The notes under the pieces were generated by a model. The model was not told the DNA's origin. It searched no databases and worked only from the letters and a program-made list of their open reading frames with translations. From Ruditapes philippinarum (taxonomy: Eukaryota): DNA of 64,000 nt. Where the stretch lies: the NCBI RefSeq assembly GCF_026571515.1, contig NW_026854607.1:1-64000 (forward strand). Direction: 5' to 3'. This document shows positions 52,907 through 63,655 of the stretch, piece by piece (positions within the stretch are counted from its first letter, which is position 1; each line of letters starts with the position of its first letter). The position numbers and the translations under genes were made by a program.

Positions 52907-53255
52907 AGGCCTATTAAGCCCCAGATATGCATTTATTTTTCATTTCCCTTAAGCCTTTTATCTTTCATTTTGGTGTCCCGATTTATAGATAAAACAATAA
53001 CAACAACAACAACAATTTCATAACCAAATGGGCTTTTATTTGAATCATCTATTGCTATTTTTTTCAGTAAGTACAGTCATTGTGCTGTATTATTTTATAC
53101 TACTTACAAGATTATATTTTAAATCGAGGGCTACTTCCTTCACGTGCTAAGTATCAAAACACGCTCTAAAACTACTATTTAGAACAATATAAAACATATG
53201 TTTGTCCTTTTTAAAGTAGGGGAAAATATAAATTTCTGAGGCATTAACAGAACCT
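52907..53255. mobile_element. Kolobok-like TTAA element, family K1 (reverse orientation)
   Basis: TTAA|AGGCCTATTAAGCCCCAGA...TCTGAGGCATTAACAGAACCT|TTAA. Confidence 0.65.
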
Positions 53256-54289
53256 TTAACTGCTCAGTTTCAACTCTACAAAGGAAAGCTTGTTTTGTCT
53301 AAAGGAATTAATGTGTTTTTATTGCAATAATGTTTCATATTCAAACGTATTTTTCCGTTTCATGAACACGAAAGATATGTAAATATTTGTAGGCGTATTG
53401 TAATTTCGGAAATTGTGAAGATTACCTAATTACGAATACTACATTTGGCCTATAGCCATTATTTCTGTTCATTCAATTATAATTGGCCATTCGCAAAGCG
53501 TTCTTTAAATTCCTACGTAAATATTTGGCACCCTCAATATTTTACGCATTTTCATTCTTTCATGTTATTCATTTACAAATGGAACAAATGTACTAAAATT
53601 TGAACTAGATTTGCACGTGTAAAGGGACGTAACCTTTTTTTAGTAGAATGCTACATTTAATGATTACATGCTTAATACCGTAGGAGTGCTGTCCCTTGGT
53701 TAGCTCTGCTAAAATTGCAAAATTCTTGCGGATGAGTATCTATGCAGCATTCGTAAAGGGGAAATCTAAAATTTAATGTTTTTTTTTATTTATATTGGAT
53801 TCAGTGAGATAAAACGTGTACATGTAATTATAGACAGGACTGATTTTAAGAAAATATGAATGCTAGAGGCATTTTGTAGCACAAGTAATATCTTGAGTGT
53901 TTTAACCTAATATACTGTATGCTGAAGACGATGAGGGTGGATACCAAGAAAATAAAATTGACCTTGACCTTCAAAAGGTCAATTTAAAATGGCCGCTTAA
54001 AAATACTAAAATAGGTCATTAAAACTATGACACAATATGATGCAATGAATTATTTTTGTCAAAATCAAATGATCAAATTCAATATGATCAGATTTTAATG
54101 AGATTGGCCACCAAATATAACGATTATAAGCCTAATGGCTCAATTAACAGTTAAATACAGTACTGTTTTACTAGCGCGTTAAGGTATAAGACTAAGATTG
54201 AAAAAAAAACTCTTTTTATGTTTTGTTTACTTGACTTATATTTAACAATAAACTTAGTTTCAAATCCTTCTTTATAAATATTACCAAAG

Positions 54290-54513
54290 AATAAATATTT
54301 CGTAATAACAAATTAATATTTCGTAATTACGAAATAATATTTCGTAATAACGAATTAATATCTCGTAATTACGAAATAATATTTCGTTATAACGAATCAA
54401 GATTTTATATTTCGATAAAACGAAATAATATTTCTAATTGGGAATTTTTATCTCGTAAAAACGAATTCAATTCCGGGAGAAATTCTGGAAAATGTCACTT
54501 CAGGTGTTCCGTA
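54290..54513. repeat. 21-bp palindromic minisatellite (ATATTTCGTAATTACGAAATA), about 8 copies, with a transposon-like end
   Basis: Repeated tttcgtaattacgaaa/ttcgtaataacgaa, followed by aaaatgtcacttcaggtgttccgta. Confidence 0.85.
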
Positions 54514-55431
54514 ATTTTCAATATAATTTGTAGCTATGATTTTTTCTTCAGTTGTTCATTTTGTTTTCATATATTTTGCACTTATTATGGTATATATATA
54601 TAATGTCTTAATTGAGTGTTGAGCAAACTAGGTAAAAATATCCAACTTACAAATTTACAAATCCTACTTTTTAAATGGTTACAACAACATTTCTGTCCCA
54701 TTCTTTTATAAAATGTGTCACTTGCTGAAATGTTGAAATTAATAAAGAGCTGTTTTTCAGCACGTTGTGAACATTACACATGTATGCTGCAAGTTAGTTT
54801 TTTGTGTGTTGTTATGTTTATATTTGTTGTTTTCTGCCGAAAATAATATCTGCATAATTTATTTTTAGATTCAATTATAACGGCATTAAGGTAAACGATG
54901 GATAATCGATAATATTAAAAAGTCATCTTAAACTTTGAAGTGTATACTTTATCACATTCTTAACAAAAATACAGAAAACAACAAATGTTTACCATCTTGT
55001 TTAAAAATAAGTGACGATTAATTTGAAATTTAACGTTAAAGTTAAAAACAACAACAACAACAATAACAACACCATATTTTAATCAAGTCATAAAATGTCT
55101 GAAACCAGGAGATTGCTACATGTGCTTGCTATACCATGGCAGCTCTCCAAAATTTTGGAATTCAGTCTCGGTTTTGAGAAAATTCTACAAGAAGATTATC
55201 ACATCATTCAGGGTACCCTCCAATAAATTTCAAGGATATCTTAAAGTAACAGCAAAGTTATCTATAAAAATATTACTTAAATCGAGTAATATTTTCTTTG
55301 ACCATAAATAAAAGTCACGTGGGTTGGCTACATAGTAGAGGTGTTAAAATATAATTGTAATACGCCCTTTGTTAGCCATTGAAATAGTATTTAATGTATA
55401 AAGGACTTTCAAAAATGGTTATTATTCAGAG

Positions 55432-55530
55432 CGGGCGCTATGGTGCAGTGGTAACACTGTCTGCCTACAAATCAAGGGGTCGTGAGTTCGATCCCCCGCT
55501 ACTCCACTGAACGAATAAAATGACTACAAG
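55432..55530 (+). mobile_element. tRNA-derived SINE head
   Basis: A box TGGTGCAGTGG and B box GAGTTCGATCC; acceptor and anticodon stems do not pair; paralogous to 37402. Confidence 0.7.
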
Positions 55531-56868
55531 ACTAACAAAACCAGGACATCGGCACAGCAGGACGGCAACATAGATACAAGAGAAGACCTTAACAGAACAG
55601 GAAACAAGTACCGAAAGTACAAGGCCGAAGACGACGACCGATAACAGAAGAGAGAACGGAGACAAGAACTGACAACAAGCGTACAGAGACGGGGACCGAT
55701 AACAGAAGAACAGAGACAGGGACCGATAACAGAACAACAGACCGATAACAGAACAACACAGACAGGGACCGATAACAGACGAACTAACAACAATCGGACA
55801 GAGACGAGTACCGATAACAGAAGAACTGACAACAAACGAACAGAGACAGGCACCGATAACAGAAGAGTGAACGAAGACAAGAACTGAAACAAGAGAACAA
55901 AGACGAGGACTGATAACAGAAGACAAGCCAACAGAGACAGGCACCGATAAAAAAACTGACAATAAACGAACAGAGACAAGGACCGATAACAGAAGAACTA
56001 TAACAGTAGATCTGACAACAAAGCAACGGAGACGAAGACTGATAACAGAAAAACGGACACGAACGGAGACGATAACAGAACAACGAAGACGACGACCGAT
56101 AACAGAAAGACAGTTTCTCTGCTGTCAGTTCTTCTGTTCTTGGTCGTGACTTGTGTTCTTCTGTTATCGGTCCTAGTCTGGACCTCTTACAGAAGAACTG
56201 TCAAAATGAGAAGACAAGCCAACAGGCACCGATAAAAGAAAAACTGACAATAAACGAACAGAGACAAGGACCGATAACAGAAGAACTATAACAGAAGATC
56301 TGACAACAAAGCAACGGAGACGAAGACTGATAACAGAAGAACGGACACGAACGAAGACGATAACAGAACAACGAAGACGACGACCGATAACAGAAAAACG
56401 AGGACCGATAACAGAACATCTGCCAACAAAAGAACTGTTACCAGGACCGATTACAGAAGAACTGTCAAAATGAGAACTGCGACTAGGACCGATAACAGAA
56501 GAACACAAGTCACAACCAAGAACAGAAGAACTGACAGCAGAGAAATACAACGAGAACCGATAACAAAAAAAACGAATACCAAAACCCAAGAGTACACAGA
56601 GAAAGGGCCTTTAATTAATATTTTGCATGCACACGTTTTAACCCCCTCACACATAGCAAGCTATCTGTAGGAATCTGAGTAGCCACTCTATATAGAACCG
56701 ATAACAGAAGAACGAAGACGACGAACCGATAACAGAAAAAACGAACACCAAAACCTAAAAGAGTACACAGAGAAAGGTGCCTTTAATTAATGTATATTTT
56801 GCATGCACACGTTTTAACCCCCCTCACGCCGTGCAAACATAAGTAGGAATCTGAGTAGCCACTCTATA
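55530..56868 (+). repeat. Complex T-poor satellite built on GACCGATAACAGAAG, with internal duplication and inversion
   Basis: More than 20 copies of (cc/ct)gataacaga with variable spacers; 55910-56107 is repeated at 56205-56397; 56113-56178 is the reverse complement of 56481-56545; the 3' end 56555-56690 is repeated at 56715-56868. Confidence 0.9.
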
Positions 56869-57317
56869 TGCTTGCATAGACAACAACATAGAGTGCCAGA
56901 TAAAATATGATAGCTCTATATTTAGCAGATAGGGCAGGGAAGAATGTAGTGTTCGCTGCGTAAACCCTAAATATAGTGATGGTTCAAAGGAGTAGGGACG
57001 TGATAAAGAAATTTAGCGGCCATTTTAGTGGTCATTTTAAAAGGCCATTTCAACGGTCAAGATCCAGTTTTTCAATTTGGTATCCACCTTTCTCGAATTC
57101 AGTATACCATAAATAGGTTAAAACACCAAGATACCACTTGTACTACAAAATGCCTCTAGCATTGACAGCCAAATTCTCAAAATCAGTCATGTCTATTATT
57201 AAGCTTAATTGTATCGTGAAAAAGTAAAATCTAATTTATCGGAAATGTATGCGGGGAAAACTATTTGAATTAAAAAAAATGATAGCAAAATGCTTATTGA
57301 AAAAATAATTATCTAAA

Positions 57318-57560
57318 TGATGATGATAATGATGGTGGCGGTGTTGATGATGACGGAGAGTATCCTTAAACGATGACAAGTATGATGGATACATTTTTTG
57401 TTGATGCCGATGATGTTAGAGTTGGTTAATGATGCTTGGTCGTGTAATTTTTAACGATCATAATGGTGATGGTGATGGTGGTGGTGATGATGATGATGAT
57501 GATTAAAGAATGATGTATGATGATACTGATTTTTACGATAATGTTGATAGCGATGAAAAG
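57318..57560. repeat. Degenerate (GAT/GGT)n microsatellite
   Basis: gatgatgat/ggtgatggt runs. Confidence 0.8.
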
Positions 57561-57791
57561 AATAATTTTGCTAGTGGTCGTGGATAAAGTGTAAGAATAA
57601 TTATCACAACCTGAGGGAGCAGACGAGATGTTTCATAATGTCTTACAACCTTAAGGCCAATACATAGCAGACGAAATGTTGCTTAGGTTATGAACTTAAG
57701 GCTAGTACAGATCACGTTTATCTCAGGAGGGCAAGGTTATCTTTCCGGAAGCTAAAGTCACGTTTGCAAATCTTGTTCTGGTTTAACATTT

Positions 57792-58026
57792 GAGCCGCGC
57801 CATGACAAAACCAACATAATGGGTTTGCGACCAGCATGGATCCAGACAAGCCTGCGCATCCGCGCAGTCTGATCAGGATCCATGCTATTCGCTATCAGTT
57901 TCTCTACTTGTTATAGGGTTTGTAAGCGAACAGCATGGATCCTGATCAGACTGCGCGGATGCGCAGGCTGGTCTAGATCCATGCTTGTCGCAAACCCATT
58001 ATGTTGGTTTTGTCATGACGCGGCTC
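57792..58026. mobile_element. 235-bp palindromic MITE (Sola-like), near-perfect copy with ATTT TSD
   Basis: ATTT|GAGCCGCG...CGCGGCTC|ATTT; the arms are nearly perfect inverted repeats. Confidence 0.95.
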
Positions 58027-58753
58027 ATTTATCTTTTATTGATTAGCCTTTATACCACCAGACTGAGTATAAAGTCTTCATGAGATGTATCATGACAGTT
58101 GGACGAGGCTGGTAGCTGATATTGAAATCCCTACATTTGCAAATGGACTGTTCCAAATTTAAAACAGGGCAAAATCATTACACAAAGTCAGGGGGTAAAG
58201 GGTTTACAATGCCACTTTTATCTCTCTTGATTGACAAAAGGTAAGTATGATGATTTCATATAGTTTACGCTGTCTTTATTATTCGTACTTAAAGTGATAC
58301 GGATGGGTCAAAAGTATGAACATTTTAGTGAGTGCAAGTTTCTTTCTCATTTCACCTTCGTCCAAGAACCCTCTTCTGCTTTCGTCCCAGAAAATTTAAG
58401 TCAAAGAAATCACTGAGTGTGTGAAATTGTTATACAGGTATGTTAAACGCTTGTTTATTTGGATTACAACAACTAGATAGACAAATTTACTCTTTAAAAC
58501 AGGATGGTACGGTGATAATAGGTTTGTTTCTGGAGGATTGTGAATTAAGTTCAATATAACCGCATTCATGTATAAATCCTCAAAAACATGGTGAATATTA
58601 GTACAATATTACCGGTTCCTTCCGATTCCTTCTTTCAGCACGGATGTGATAATTTTGAAAATATGTTGCCATGGAAATCGTGAAGATATGGCTCAATAAT
58701 TGCACGTAGAAGTTTATACCTGTCTCGGCAGCCTGAGGGAAAGGTCGTGTAAA

Positions 58754-59706
58754 ATGAACGACAATATACTGTCTCGTAGGAAGTCATGTGATGCCGGAGA
58801 GAAGCTAGTAAGTTCCGTTTTATTTTCATTTTTTAAAATTTAAATTCAATTTTATTTCAGGCAACATTAAAGACTTGTGCACTTGACCTCGTGGTTAGTA
58901 ATGCCGCACGAATAATTCAAACATAAATTTTGTTTAAAAATTAAGTTCGATTGTTTCAGTTTAGAAACATTTTCGATTTTTAAAGCAAGTTCTTGTTCTT
59001 ATTTCGAGTCCGCTTTGTAGAAATAAGCACTGATGACATATGTAAATATGTTATTGAAACGAGTAGGGCTCGAGCCCGCGATATCTGGGTAGTGAGACAG
59101 ATACTATAACTATAAGGTTACTGCTCCCATTTGAGGTGGTTCTTTGAAAGTATTCGTAGATGAATACATGTATACCAAAGAACACATTTGACTGATTTTA
59201 CATTCAATATAGTCAGGTTTTTGTAAAGACCCTGATATAGTTAAGTTTGGTCGTCGGTATATGTGATGGATTTTACTTTAGTGTTGGCGTGATAAAAATC
59301 TCATCATCATTTTTGCCCTTATTTATATATATTTGTTCATCATGTCAACGAAATGCTGATCTTGTTTCTTATGTATATTAAGTTATTTCACTATTTTGTT
59401 CATCATTAATTTTACTTGACCGAACCACAGAGCTATATATTACAAGATATACTATGTTCATCCTTGAGTAAAATACTTTAATTAGTCTTTTGAAACATAT
59501 GAGATTCTTACAGAATATGTCTTATTTGAATAAAAAGTGAATTAACTATGTATGGGAAGCTGTGTTCCCTATCACAGGTCAAGTAAAGGTGGTCTTTTCT
59601 TAAAAAGATATTTTTTTTTAATTTTAAACAGAAACAGAACATATCTACCTTAATTGTGTGAAGGCAAAAAATGTTTATCTTATATTTACAAAGAGACTGT
59701 GTAGCC

Positions 59707-59745
<39 letters not shown>

Positions 59746-60555
59746 TATATCATATTTGAGCAAAGTATATCTTTAAATTGTATAAGTTCTTGATCAAACC
59801 ATCTATCCAAGTACAAATTTGATTAATTGATTGAAACAAAAGCGATAGAAATTATGTGTATAATAACAGCCAGTGGTCTTTTTTTTTGTAGGAAGGCATC
59901 CCAGTAGTGAATGGGTTTCCGAGAAGAGGTTCTCTTACTTCTTCAAAGCGTAAGTAAAAAAATAACTCCAAATCAAATGACCACGTACTGTGGAGACAAC
60001 AAAATAATAATGTTTTTATAATGTTTTTATCAATAAAAGAAAATGTAAATGAATAGACAGGTTTTAATCTTATATTGAGGCTAAATCAGTAGTTTTATTT
60101 ATCCAAAGAAAATGCCTTAATTATTCACTTTGGCTAATGTTTCAGCAAGCCTTCTTCCTCGTCGCCGATCGGAGGTCACTTTACACGAAATACAGGAAGT
60201 GCGAAAGATTGAGGAAACTAAGAAATCAGTGCTCCGTCGGCAATTCTCAACAATATGCGCACCAAAACTTGTCTCGGAACGTCAAAATATCGGGAAAACA
60301 GTTACAAAAACTGACACTTGCAAAAAAGACGACGACCTTGAATTGCCCAGAATTCCCTCAGTGACACCGGAACCGGAAGAGATCAAATTCGCCAAACAAA
60401 GAAGAAACAGCGAAAGTATTAAGGAAGAACTGCAAAACGGTTCATATCGACCAAAACATTGCTGGTGTTTTCGTTGTCAACTGATGTTCTCAATGTTTAA
60501 AGCAGGGGATGATAGGCTAGAAATGTGGGGGAACTATCCTTGTTTCAGAAGGTAA
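58754..60555 (+). CDS. Uncharacterised 184-aa protein, 4 coding exons: join(58754..58807,58861..58893,59892..59949,60146..60555)
   Basis: aaaATG with an upstream in-frame TAA. Donors GTAAGT, GTTAGT, GTAAGT; acceptors tttatttcAG, tttttgtAG, ctaatgtttcAG. Phases 0/0/1 are consistent and 555 nt = 185 codons. Translation: MNDNILSRRKSCDAGEKL|ATLKTCALDLV|EGIPVVNGFPRRGSLTSSKP|SLLPRRRSEVTLHE...HCWCFRCQLMFSMFKAGDDRLEMWGNYPCFRR*. AATAAA at ~60710. The last two exons are the best supported; the first intron is only 53 nt. Confidence 0.72.
58975..59129 (-). mobile_element. Decayed SINE (19380 family) in intron 2 of the uncharacterised gene
   Basis: caagttcttg..cgagtagggctcgagccc..ctgggt..gagacagatac.ataac..ctccc aligns with 19420-19573. 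Confidence 0.6.
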
Positions 60556-62685
60556 CACTTAATGACATAAACGGCTGCACCTTACATTGATCTATTTTAA
60601 GATAAATCACACGATGCAAAGTCACGTGGTTCCCATACATGACCATGCGATTTCACAGGATACGTGTAATTTTCAAAAAAGCAACAATACTTGATATTTC
60701 AAGATTTGGAATAAAAATACGATATTTATTTTCAAAATTCTGTTTTTCGGCGTCTGATTGTTATATTGAACTACTAAGTGTAACTTTACGCAGCAAACTT
60801 CTATAGACAGCTTAGACACGGAGAGAGAAATGATGATTTCTTCAAGTAACACTCCTATGTGACTCCCACAAAAAAGTGAAGATTAAAGGTGGCCCATAGT
60901 TCATTTCAGGTTAAAGATTACTAATGTTTTAGTTTTTGTTTGACATTTTAAGTTAAACAATAACCTTTATGATGTATATATGTGAATGAGAATTAATAAG
61001 AAGCATAAAACAAAATGAATTGCCTATAAAGTCATTTGTACTATTAAAGGATATTTCTTATGTTAATAATGTAAGCCATTTAATTTTTCTACACTGTAAA
61101 ATATTTTTTGAACCTTATAAAGTTTTGACATACATGTAGTTTGTGTTTCAAGGGACTTTTGTGCAAATTGATACTTATACAGAATTGTATTTAGTTCTGA
61201 TAAAGTTTTAAGAAACATGTTGTATGGAATTTTTGCAATCATGATAATACGTTATGATTTTAAATGATAAAATCATGACTGGATATTGTTCTTTTTTTAC
61301 TTTTAAAAAATCTTTTTTTTTCTAAACAATAAGAAATAATTATTTCTGAGAAAATCTTGGAAACACAGAAATGTTTTTTTCTTTGTTTCTTCCAAAATAT
61401 TGGATTAAAATAAAATGGATAGCACATTTTTGTAAATATTTTGTTATAGGATTTTGTAATTATCTTATTTGTATTTATTTAATGCATAATGTAAATAAAA
61501 TGAAATAAAATATGTTTTTTTTTATTTGTTTTTCCTACTTTTGATATTATAATAAAGTTAGACGAACCAAATAATCAAATGACATTAAGTTTATGTCGAT
61601 CTAAAAGATTCCGTTAAATACAATTGCCTTTTTCAAAAATCTAGAGTTTTAAAATGTTGACCTTTTTGTAAGGTCAATGTCATTTAGGGTCAAGGTCATA
61701 TTCAAACAATCAATATCACGCTTTGTTATAAGATTGAATGCATTAGTTTATAAAGATTTGTTATGTGTGAGGTTAAAGATATCAGCTTAGAGAACAAAAC
61801 AGACACAAACAAAAAACAACCAAAAACAAAAAACATGCCAGGTCTACGTGTACTTATACTAAAAGTGGCATAGTTTTATAGTGTCATTACAGTACAAAAT
61901 AGAATACAATTCCGGAGAAGTGTTCTTATCACGTGATTATAATCACTAGTTTGAAAATTCTTGCACCAGGAAAAAAATCAGTTTTCAAGGTATTATAGCT
62001 TAGCAGATCATCGTTCAAACTGAATGAACATAAATGCATTCATATTGTGACCATCTATAGTGTGTATAGTTTTGAATATAACATATCTATACTTCGTGTG
62101 AAGTTAAAACGTGCTTAACTTGTATTTACAAAAAAAAAATTGTGGTAATTAAATTATCAATATTTTTTATATCAAACTTGAGCAAAGTATATCTTTAAAA
62201 ACCCTTTCCAATCTAGGGAAATGTATTCGTCTACTTTCGTTTTATTTTTACCTAGTAAAGTTTTCAAAATCCAGATGAACTACATTATATTTCCTGAATG
62301 TCAAAAAGATGACTAGATTGCAAATTGCTTTGTTTGTGGTCATGTACAAGCCTATCTGAAAAAGGTTATTATGGTCGCTTTCTGCAGGTTATGGGTTTAG
62401 AAGGGCACTGATAGCTCTGACGTATGCTAACTCAAGCCGATTTGACAAAACAAAGAAATGTCATTGATATGGGAAAATCTATTTATAGCTCTAGTGACAT
62501 TAATTAACCTTAACACGATCGACCTTGAAGTCCACCCAAGAGTAAAGATCAGCGGATGGCACCAGATAAGACATTTTTATAATATAGGTCATTAAATAAT
62601 GATGTTATAAGAATCAGTAGTGGGACAAATTGGTATGTGTCCTCTGTCGAAACTTTTCGGGGAGGATAAATTTGCTTCTGCTGCC

Positions 62686-62875
62686 GTTGTTGTTGGAGTT
62701 TAAATCACATCGACACGGCAAATGTCAATAATTGCGAATTTCTAGCTTTTCATGTGCAGAAAGGCCTAAGGTGATTCTCCGTGCATTATTTCAGACACAA
62801 ACGAGCACCCGAGTAGAACCACCGACATTCCGTGACGTTGCTGAATAGCTAGCTTACTCACATGAAAGAATCCAG
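62686..62875 (-). mobile_element. SINE, 33040 family
   Basis: ccgtgcattatttcag..gagtagaaccaccgacattccgt..tagct..tcacatgaaagaatcc is the reverse complement of the family core. Confidence 0.7.
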
Positions 62876-63239
62876 GATTTTAACCAATACCTGTGACATC
62901 AGTTTAAAGGGAATTCGTCGGATGCTCCTAAACTATTTGACACAATGTAGTTAGGATCGTGTGTAAGCCTAACTTCCTATTTATTTTGCGAGCTGTTATA
63001 AGATGACATTGTAAACACGTCGGCTAGTTTTTGAAGTGTGTAAAGGACAAAGGAGGACAAACGAAAGACATCAAAAGACATAAATCTAGAAAAAAAGATA
63101 CTTAGAACATGTTCACTAATATGCACATCTCTTGAAGAATACAACAGAGTGGGTGGGTACTGAGAAAACGTGTGGACAAAAAAAGTTGAAATTCAAATGA
63201 GAGGCGTTTTGAAAAACTCACTGATATACAGGTACACAC

Positions 63240-63655
63240 CTCTGTTTTGTAAAGAAGCTTGCTATGAAGTTTCGATGAATTCTTATTAGTGGTCGCTGAG
63301 AAATAGTTCCGACCAATTTTATAGCTGAATATAATTAAAAGCTGAAAAACATAATCAAAGGGACATAATTGTGAAAGAAATTATTTATTAACCAAAACTT
63401 GTTTATGCTCGAGATCGCTTTCCACCTTCCATGCAGTTAAAGATTGCTGACCAATAGACCGGACATAAATTACAGCCTAATAGGAATTAAAGGGGCATAA
63501 TTGTGTAAAATAAATCTACTATACGAACACCTCCACTTGGCATGAAACTTTCGGTATAGATTGGTTGAGTGTAAAGTTTCAGTGTTTGCTGACACATCAA
63601 CAGACGGACGGACGGTCAGATATATATGCATCTCCTTTGATGACTGAACATAATA
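63240..63655 (-). mobile_element. Decayed HINE-like remnant
   Basis: (GGAC/GACG)n microsatellite at 63600-63617, aaaggg.cataattgtg repeated at 63357 and 63490, and aagtttc motifs typical of these elements' core repeats. Confidence 0.5.

Larger units (their letters stand above)
53831..57195. mobile_element. 3.4-kb non-autonomous TIR element (Academ-like: TAG...CTA ends, TTA TSD, ~170-bp TIRs) carrying satellites and a SINE head
   Basis: TTA|TAGACAGGACTGATTTT..aatgctagaggcattttgtag.acaagt..ttttaaccta..ggtggatacca..aaaatggccgct is inverted at 57014-57195, ending CAGTCATGTCTA|TTA. Confidence 0.7.

Noticed and set aside
55432-55506. tRNA-Val(TAC)-like gene; similar heads at 17725-17797, 19500-19573 and 37402-37470
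   Set aside because: A/B boxes are present but the acceptor and anticodon stems do not pair, and the heads continue into SINE bodies.
55465-56670. Overlapping Leu/Ser/Val/Cys-rich ORFs of 66-165 aa
   Set aside because: By-products of a strand-biased satellite in which stop codons are rare; they are open in several frames at once.
55530-56780. CRISPR-like repeat-spacer array (GACCGATAACAGAA with variable spacers); the 26766-27845 array was also considered
   Set aside because: Eukaryotic context, no cas genes, spacers are low-complexity and related to each other with irregular lengths; the 145-bp units have no unique spacers.
60130-60555. Single-exon 141-aa gene with a TTG start
   Set aside because: The TTG is intronic; a branch point (CTAAT) and acceptor at 60145 place the exon start at 60146.
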